From: a virus
Length of the DNA: 64,000 nucleotides
Virus record (IMG/VR): IMGVR_UViG_3300018432_000014
Location: 1 to 64,000 of that record
Reading direction: 5' to 3' (one strand)
Shown in pieces: positions 58,189 to 64,000 of the stretch; the stretch's first letter is position 1; each line of letters opens with the position of its first letter. A program made the translations under genes and the position numbers. The notes under the pieces were generated by a model that ran no database searches, was not told the origin of the DNA, and worked only from the letters and a program-made list of their open reading frames with translations.

Positions 58189-61100
58189 ATGGCCCCTCGA
58201 GACGGCGAGATCAGCGCGGAGCAGCGCATCGAGAGTGTCGCGCAACAGCGCGACACCGTGGTCAAGGCGTACGAGATCGGGCGCGACTACGCCGGGCTCG
58301 AGAAAGCAGAGCAGCAGAGCGAGTCGTCTGACGACACGATCATGAGCATCTCGACGGCGTTCGCTCGAGACCAGATCGAGCCGCCATACAGCCCGGATCA
58401 CCTCTGCAAGTTGTTCGAGCATTCGGCGTCGTTGCGACAGAACGTCGACGCGTACATGACGAACATCGACGGGTTTGGACACACGTTCGATCCGGTGATT
58501 CAGCTGAAAGAAGCCGCGGGCCGCGACATGGTGCGCGACGCGATTTTCATCGAGCGATACGAGGCCGCGCATAGCGGCTCGGTGCGGCAACCGGGCGGGC
58601 CTGTGACACCGACGCCGGGCACGCCCGCGAAGCCGACGCCGGAAGTGCTGATGCCGACCGATGAAGACATCGAGGCTCGGATCGAGCAGTTGCGGGCACA
58701 GATGCGCATGGAGCGCGCGCGAGTCGAGAGCTTCTTCTCGTACTGCGTTGCCGAAGAGAGTTTCACGAGCTTGCGGCGCCGCACTCGCCAAGACATCGAG
58801 GTCACCGGGAACGGCTATTGGGAAGTGATCCGCAACGGTGTCGGCGAGATCTCGCAGTTCGTACACATCCCGTCGCGGTCGATGCGCGTGACCTCGAAGA
58901 AGGCGCACTCGGTCGAGGTGCCGCAGCTCGTGCGATTCGGTTCGCTCGCCCATCGCAAGGAAACGTTTCGCCGCAAGTTTCGCCGCTACCTGCAGACGGG
59001 CGGCGATCATCCGATCTGGTTCAAGGAGTTCGGCGACCCGCAGATCCTCAGCTCGAAGACGGGCAAGTCATACGACTCGGTGCCAGCGCTCGAGGCCGCC
59101 GAAGTAGGCGTCCCGGAAGCAACCGAGGTGTTCCATTTCAAGATTCATGCGCTCACGACGAGTGCCTACGGTGTTCCGCGGTGGATCGGGAACCTGCTCT
59201 CGGTGCTCGGCTCGCGAGCTGCCGAAGAAGTGAACCTCGCCTATTTCGACAACAAGGCGATCCCGCCGATGGCGATCCTCGTGAGCGGCGGTCGACTCGG
59301 CGAAGAGTCAGTCAAGCGCATCGAGGATTTCGTCGAGATCCAGATCAAGGGCCGCAAGAACTTTCACAAGATCCTCGTGATCGAAGCTGAGACGACACAG
59401 GGCGCGATCGGGCTCGGCAGCGAGAACGCCGGGCACATGCGGGTCGAGATCAAGACGTTGACAGACGCGCAACTCAAAGACGGTCTGTTCCTCGCCTACG
59501 ACAGCGCGAACATGGACAAGGTCGGGATGGGTTTCCGGCTGCCCCGATTGCTACGTGGCGACATTCGCGATTTCAACCGCGCATGTTATTCGGGCGACAC
59601 TGAGACGCTCACCGAGGATGGTTGGAAGCTGCATCGCGAGATCGAACCTCACGAGAAAATCGCGGTTTATGATCCCGAGGCCGCAGAACTGCGGTTCGAA
59701 GTGCCAGCTGCGAAGCATGTGTACGAGGTCGACGAGGACCTCTATCGGTTCGAAAGCCAACACACGGACGCTCGTGTCACCGGCAATCACAAGATGCTCG
59801 TGCGCTGTCCGCAACGCGGTTGGCAGCAAGAGCCGGCTGCATTCGCGGCAACGCGAAGCCGGCTCGAGGTGATCAGTGCGCCCGAGGTCGACCGGCACGG
59901 TTGCGCGCTCTCGAATTTCGTGTTGCCAAAGCAGTGTCAGATCGAGCGAGGGCATTCGCATGAACCGATCGCTGCGAGCGATTGGCTCGAATTTCTCGGC
60001 TACTACCTCTCCGACGGCGGTCTGCTCGAGACCGACAACCCCGGAGCCCCGTATGTCGTGTTCCTGCGACAGAAAAAAGAGCCGTTTCGAACGCAGATGC
60101 AGGCGTGTCTCGATCGCATCGGTTGGCACTATTCGACGCAGATCAAGGCCGACGGGACGAGCGTGTTCTGCATCTCGAACCGCTGCCTGCGATCGTGGTT
60201 GATCGAGGCTTGCGGAGGTCGCTCTGCAGGCCGGCGCATGCCAGAGGGTTACGCGACCGGCTTGCCTCGAGAGCAACTCAAAATCCTCTGGACTGCGATG
60301 CAGGCAGGCGATGGCTCGAGGGGCCGGCAAGACACGAACGGTGGATATTACTCGGCGTCGAAAGCGTTGATCGACGACACTCAAATCGTCGCGCTGCGGC
60401 TCGGTTTGCGGACGGTCGTTCGATGGTCGGAGAGCGCCCGAGTGTTCCAGCTCGGTTGGTCGAGCTGGAAAACGGCTCAGCTCCGTGACAGTCATGTCGA
60501 GCGAGAGCGCTACGTCGGCGAGGTGTTTTGCTTCGAGTGCCCGGGCGCTGGATTCTTCGTCACCCGACGCAACGGCAAGATTGCGATCCAGGGGAACAGT
60601 GCAGAGGCCGCGCTCGACTTTGCTGAAAGCCAAGTCTTCGGGCCCGAGCGTAACGACTTCGACTTCTCGATGAACAGACACGTGCTCCCGGCGCTCGGGA
60701 TCCACCACTGGCAATTCAAAAGCAACGGCCCGCGCCTGAGCGACTCGCAGAGCTGGGGGGACATGATCATCAAGCTCACGACCGCTGGCATTCTGACGCC
60801 CGAGGATGCGCGCGCGCTCACGGGCACGAAGGTGCTCTCGCAAGAGTTGCCTCTCATCACGGCCGACTGGATTCGCCAGCCTCTGCCTCTGACGATCGCA
60901 GGCGTGCAGCTCGACACCTCGCTCGACAACAACATCCCGCTAGCCGCGGCAGAGGGCGCTGGAGGCGCTGGGTTGCCCGATACGACCACGGGCCCGACGC
61001 CAGCACCGGGACTCGTCTCGGCTGCCAAAGCGCGGTTGCTGGCGCGCGCGAAAGACATGATCCGGCTGCGAGACGCGTTTCGTAAACAAGAGACCGCTCA

Positions 61101-61227
61101 GGCGGTGGCCACGCACAAGAAACTGCAGGCTGCGGTCGAGGCTCAACCCGCAGACGACGAGATCGTGATCCGTATGACGGCCGAAGAGCTGGCGACGAAT
61201 TTCGGAATCACACGCAAAGACTCATGA
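58189..61227 (+). CDS. Phage portal protein (PBSX-like) interrupted by an intein
   Basis: D.EVTGNGYWEVIRN..G, EVFHFK, YGVPRW, YFDN.AIP, FRLPRLLRG..FNRA|SAEAA. Confidence 0.88.
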   Translation: MAPRDGEISAEQRIESVAQQRDTVVKAYEIGRDYAGLEKAEQQSESSDDTIMSISTAFARDQIEPPYSPDHLCKLFEHSASLRQNVDAYMTNIDGFGHTFDPVIQLKEAAGRDMVRDAIFIERYEAAHSGSVRQPGGPVTPTPGTPAKPTPEVLMPTDEDIEARIEQLRAQMRMERARVESFFSYCVAEESFTSLRRRTRQDIEVTGNGYWEVIRNGVGEISQFVHIPSRSMRVTSKKAHSVEVPQLVRFGSLAHRKETFRRKFRRYLQTGGDHPIWFKEFGDPQILSSKTGKSYDSVPALEAAEVGVPEATEVFHFKIHALTTSAYGVPRWIGNLLSVLGSRAAEEVNLAYFDNKAIPPMAILVSGGRLGEESVKRIEDFVEIQIKGRKNFHKILVIEAETTQGAIGLGSENAGHMRVEIKTLTDAQLKDGLFLAYDSANMDKVGMGFRLPRLLRGDIRDFNRACYSGDTETLTEDGWKLHREIEPHEKIAVYDPEAAELRFEVPAAKHVYEVDEDLYRFESQHTDARVTGNHKMLVRCPQRGWQQEPAAFAATRSRLEVISAPEVDRHGCALSNFVLPKQCQIERGHSHEPIAASDWLEFLGYYLSDGGLLETDNPGAPYVVFLRQKKEPFRTQMQACLDRIGWHYSTQIKADGTSVFCISNRCLRSWLIEACGGRSAGRRMPEGYATGLPREQLKILWTAMQAGDGSRGRQDTNGGYYSASKALIDDTQIVALRLGLRTVVRWSESARVFQLGWSSWKTAQLRDSHVERERYVGEVFCFECPGAGFFVTRRNGKIAIQGNSAEAALDFAESQVFGPERNDFDFSMNRHVLPALGIHHWQFKSNGPRLSDSQSWGDMIIKLTTAGILTPEDARALTGTKVLSQELPLITADWIRQPLPLTIAGVQLDTSLDNNIPLAAAEGAGGAGLPDTTTGPTPAPGLVSAAKARLLARAKDMIRLRDAFRKQETAQAVATHKKLQAAVEAQPADDEIVIRMTAEELATNFGITRKDS
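59584..60597 (+). mobile_element. Intein with LAGLIDADG homing endonuclease (338 aa)
   Basis: Starts CYSGDTETLTEDGW; block B VTGNHKM; FLGYYLSDG and AMQAGDG; ends VTRRNGKIAIQGN followed by Ser. Confidence 0.92.
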
Positions 61228-63065
61228 GCATCTGGTCACGCGGTGTGGCAGCAGCCGAGGACCTTGCGACCGAGCTGCTCGGCGTGAGCGTGCACAAGGC
61301 CATCGACCCGCTCGACCCGGACGGTTTCGTCGTGATCGGCGATCGCGTGGCCGCTGCGTTGCGCAAGGCGGTTCGAGGCGGCGAGGCCGACGTCGTGCGC
61401 GGCGCCCTCGATGCGCTCAACATCGATTGGAACAAGGCCTCTCCGAACGCAGTCGACCGGGCGATCGAAGCCGCGAAAGTTTCGATCAAAGCGCACTACG
61501 AAAAGTTCGTGCTGCCGAAGGTCAACGACACGCTCGAGTTACAGGGTCCGATCCTGATGAAGGGCGTCAAGCGGGCCGTGATCGCTCGCGAGCAGATCGA
61601 GATAGCCCCGGTGCTCACGCTGCGAGATGAGGGCGCCGAGACCGCGATCCGACGGCAGCACGTCAACTTCATTCGCAACGGCGCGGGCAAGCGGCTCGAG
61701 AGGATGAGTGAAGAAGCCAGAGCCATCGTTGCTCGAGGCTTTTCGGAGGGCCTCGGTCGCAACGTCATCGGGCGAGACCTCAAAGACCATTTCACTGATC
61801 GGATCGTGCGACCCGACTCGTATTGGAACGTCGTAGCGAGCGCGTACATCGGTCGAGCACGGTCGACGTCGCAGGTCTACGCGTACGAGGATGCGGGGAT
61901 CCAGACGTTCGAGGTCGTCGCGGTGCTCGACGAGGTGACGACCGATCAGTGCCGATTCATGGACGGCAAGGTGTTCACGATCCGATCGGCTCGCCAGATC
62001 CTCGATACGGTCGAAGACATCGAGGATCCCGAGGACGTCGTGCTCGCGAATCCGTGGATTCGAAAGGGCCGAGATCCCGCAGGTGGTATGCGGCTCTTCG
62101 TGCCGACGAAAGGCGGGGGAACAGAAACGCTGGCGAAGATCGATCGCAGCGGCCTCGGCAAGCTCGACGACAAGGGCTCATTCTCGGGCGGCAAGAGCGC
62201 TGCCGGCATGAGCAAGCTCGGTGTTTCGATGCCGCCTTATCACGGGCTCTGCCGAACGGTGATCGTCGCTGGCGCAGAGATGTCCGAAGAGAAGCCGGTG
62301 CGTGCGCCGAGAGCGAAGCCAGCGCCGAAACCGAAACCGAAGCCGCCGCCCGGTGCCATGGGTGCCGGTGTGTTGCCAGATGTTCCGAGACCGTCTGCAG
62401 CTCTGAAGAAGAAAGCTTCGACATTGCATACTGAGTCACCGCGTTTCTACTACGACAGCAAGAACACGCCGACCTCGCCAGAAGCGTTGCTCGAGTTTCG
62501 AGCTGGTAAGTGCATGGCGTTGATGTCTTCGCCAGAGACCAAACGCGAGTACGCAGATTGGATGTCTTCGTGGGTCGGTCGAAGCACAAAAGAGCTTGCG
62601 ACGAAGGCGCGAAAAGGCGTGCTCGTCGAGAAGACAGCTGCGCAAGATGGCTATCTCGCAACGCAGGCCTGGATCGAAGCGCACATGCCCGAGTTGCGGA
62701 AGCCGCGCGTGATCAACGGCGTGGATGCTCCGCCGCTCATCGACGAAGACGGGTTTGTAACGCTCTTTCGAGGCGTGCACGGGCAGCCTGCACGAGAGTG
62801 CCGCAAGGCTCACTCGAAGAAGGAAACCCCCAAGCTCGAGATTCGCGATGCTGCGTCATGGTCGGAGGATCGCGATATCGCTCGCAGCTTCACTTTCGGC
62901 GGTGATGACGGTGTCGTGTTGATGCAAAAAATCCACTACACGCGTGCTTTCAGCTGCTTTCGCGCAAATGGGTCGGGTTGGATCGGCAACAACGAGCAAG
63001 AGTGGACGATGCTGCATGACGACGACTTTATTGAGGTAAATGTCGTAGAACTGATGACACGTTGA
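61224..63065 (+). CDS. MuF / SPP1 gp7 head morphogenesis protein with C-terminal ADP-ribosyltransferase-like domain
   Basis: AVLDEVTTDQCRFMDGK and PPYHGLCRT (MuF); Pro/Lys linker; LFRG..ASWS..EQE. Confidence 0.8.
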   Translation: MSIWSRGVAAAEDLATELLGVSVHKAIDPLDPDGFVVIGDRVAAALRKAVRGGEADVVRGALDALNIDWNKASPNAVDRAIEAAKVSIKAHYEKFVLPKVNDTLELQGPILMKGVKRAVIAREQIEIAPVLTLRDEGAETAIRRQHVNFIRNGAGKRLERMSEEARAIVARGFSEGLGRNVIGRDLKDHFTDRIVRPDSYWNVVASAYIGRARSTSQVYAYEDAGIQTFEVVAVLDEVTTDQCRFMDGKVFTIRSARQILDTVEDIEDPEDVVLANPWIRKGRDPAGGMRLFVPTKGGGTETLAKIDRSGLGKLDDKGSFSGGKSAAGMSKLGVSMPPYHGLCRTVIVAGAEMSEEKPVRAPRAKPAPKPKPKPPPGAMGAGVLPDVPRPSAALKKKASTLHTESPRFYYDSKNTPTSPEALLEFRAGKCMALMSSPETKREYADWMSSWVGRSTKELATKARKGVLVEKTAAQDGYLATQAWIEAHMPELRKPRVINGVDAPPLIDEDGFVTLFRGVHGQPARECRKAHSKKETPKLEIRDAASWSEDRDIARSFTFGGDDGVVLMQKIHYTRAFSCFRANGSGWIGNNEQEWTMLHDDDFIEVNVVELMTR

Positions 63066-63090
63066 CGACGTGTCCCGGATATGGGATTAT
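63062..63090 (+). promoter_or_regulatory. Class II-like promoter
   Basis: TTGACG-17(acgtgtcccggatatgg)-GATTAT-6-GTG 63097. Confidence 0.55.
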
Positions 63091-63096
63091 TGCTCA

Positions 63097-63357
63097 GTGG
63101 GGATTCTCAAAATGACCGACGTGATCAAACTGCCCGACGAGCAACACGACTGGCTCGGCTCGATGCGACTCAACGCGTTGCGCGAGCGAGGTTGGACAGG
63201 GTCGGCTCTTGAGTTTCGTGTGATGGCAGATCGGCTCAATGCGGACCCGATCGCAGGCGGTTTCACAGAGCCGGCAGAAGAAGACCGGATCGAAGCCGAG
63301 CGAATCGAAGCGGGCGCGTTGCAGATCTCGGACCCGCATTCCGACGACGATAGCTGA
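63097..63357 (+). CDS. Small acidic protein, candidate immunity protein
   Basis: Directly after the MuF-toxin gene, with its own promoter. Confidence 0.5.
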   Translation: MGILKMTDVIKLPDEQHDWLGSMRLNALRERGWTGSALEFRVMADRLNADPIAGGFTEPAEEDRIEAERIEAGALQISDPHSDDDS

Positions 63358-63442
63358 ATCGAGGGACACAAGCGCTGGCGATGTGGGCGGATAGTGCGCC
63401 TGGAAATCGACAGCGAGTGCGCGAGCCCGGTAGGGCTTTCGT

Positions 63443-63742
63443 ATGGCCGGTGAGCTGATCGAGTTGTTCGTCGACAAGACGCTCGGGCGTCGCGTGTTGA
63501 CGAAAATCCAAGACGTGATCTCGACCTCGTTCGTCGACGATCGTTCTCGCATCACTCGAGCTGAGACGATACGGCGATTCAAGATCGTCGAGACGCTGTT
63601 CCGCGAGTTGCGGGCCGAGGGTTGGCCTCATCAACGCATCCTCGATGTGATGCCCGAGGCTCTGCGAAGCAAGCTCGACGGCACGCCATGGGAGCCAGAC
63701 TTCACTCGCAACGTTTGGATGCCGAGCGGTAGTCGCGGTTGA
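63443..63742 (+). CDS. Hypothetical 99 aa
   Basis: Clean ORF in the head module. Confidence 0.6.
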   Translation: MAGELIELFVDKTLGRRVLTKIQDVISTSFVDDRSRITRAETIRRFKIVETLFRELRAEGWPHQRILDVMPEALRSKLDGTPWEPDFTRNVWMPSGSRG

Positions 63743-63811
63743 CGGACGCGTCACAAGTTGCGCCGGTCAGTCGATCGAGCATCTACTTGCCGGCTAAGGG
63801 AGCCCGACAGA

Positions 63812-64000
63812 ATGCCGACCTTTGCAGAGCAGATCGCCGCTACGAACGCCAAACTCGACGCACTGATCGCCGGGCCGCCGCCGCCCGCGCCGCCTGCACC
63901 CGAAGAGTTGAAGCTCACTCCTGCAGAGGCGCTCGCGACGATCACGGCCGAGCTGAACAAGAGTGACACGACGCCAGATCGCGCGACTTACCTCAAGTCG
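63812..64000 (+). CDS. Hypothetical head-module protein, truncated by the window edge
   Basis: AAGGGAG RBS; MPTFAEQIAATNAKLDAL.. open to the end. Confidence 0.55.
   Translation, partial: MPTFAEQIAATNAKLDALIAGPPPPAPPAPEELKLTPAEALATITAELNKSDTTPDRATYLKS

Noticed and set aside
1-64000. Diversity-generating retroelement or retron
   Set aside because: No reverse transcriptase motifs and no TR/VR pair were seen.

Overview
This window is a slice of a large, GC-rich temperate tailed phage in its unintegrated state, because an intact attP with phage genes on both sides lies near the integrase. The host cannot be read from the sequence; Myxococcota is only a guess. Gene order: 0.1-12.9 kb recombination/replication operon (family B DNA polymerase, probable UvsY-like and SSB-like proteins, HNH-like protein, DUF3310, RecA, SbcD/SbcC, RuvC-like resolvase, DNA methyltransferase); 13-20 kb coupled small hypothetical genes; 21-25 kb putative TerS, serine recombinase and TerL; 25-31 kb small genes; 31-37 kb an array of single-gene cassettes; 42-45 kb tyrosine integrase, Xis-like genes, tRNA-Ala(GGC) attP and a repressor; 47-52 kb amidoligase/GGCT module, ATP-dependent ligase and a second cassette cluster; 56-64 kb ParB-methyltransferase, intein-containing portal and a MuF protein with an ADP-ribosyltransferase-like tail. 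The most striking unexplained structure is non-coding. (1) Sixteen copies of a 39-bp element, TGAAATACCGCTAGCGCTTTTCAAGACCTGAGCTAGAGT, most starting exactly 45 nt before the start codon of an unrelated small gene and joined to the previous gene by shared GC hairpin linkers, form a repeat-delimited leaderless gene-cassette array. (2) Eight promoters of a second class carry a CCCG-N-AT-N-CGGG-like palindrome in the spacer. (3) Nine dispersed copies of a 20-bp palindrome, GTGTGGCCCCGGGGCCACAC. All functional calls come from motifs read by eye; no database searches were run.
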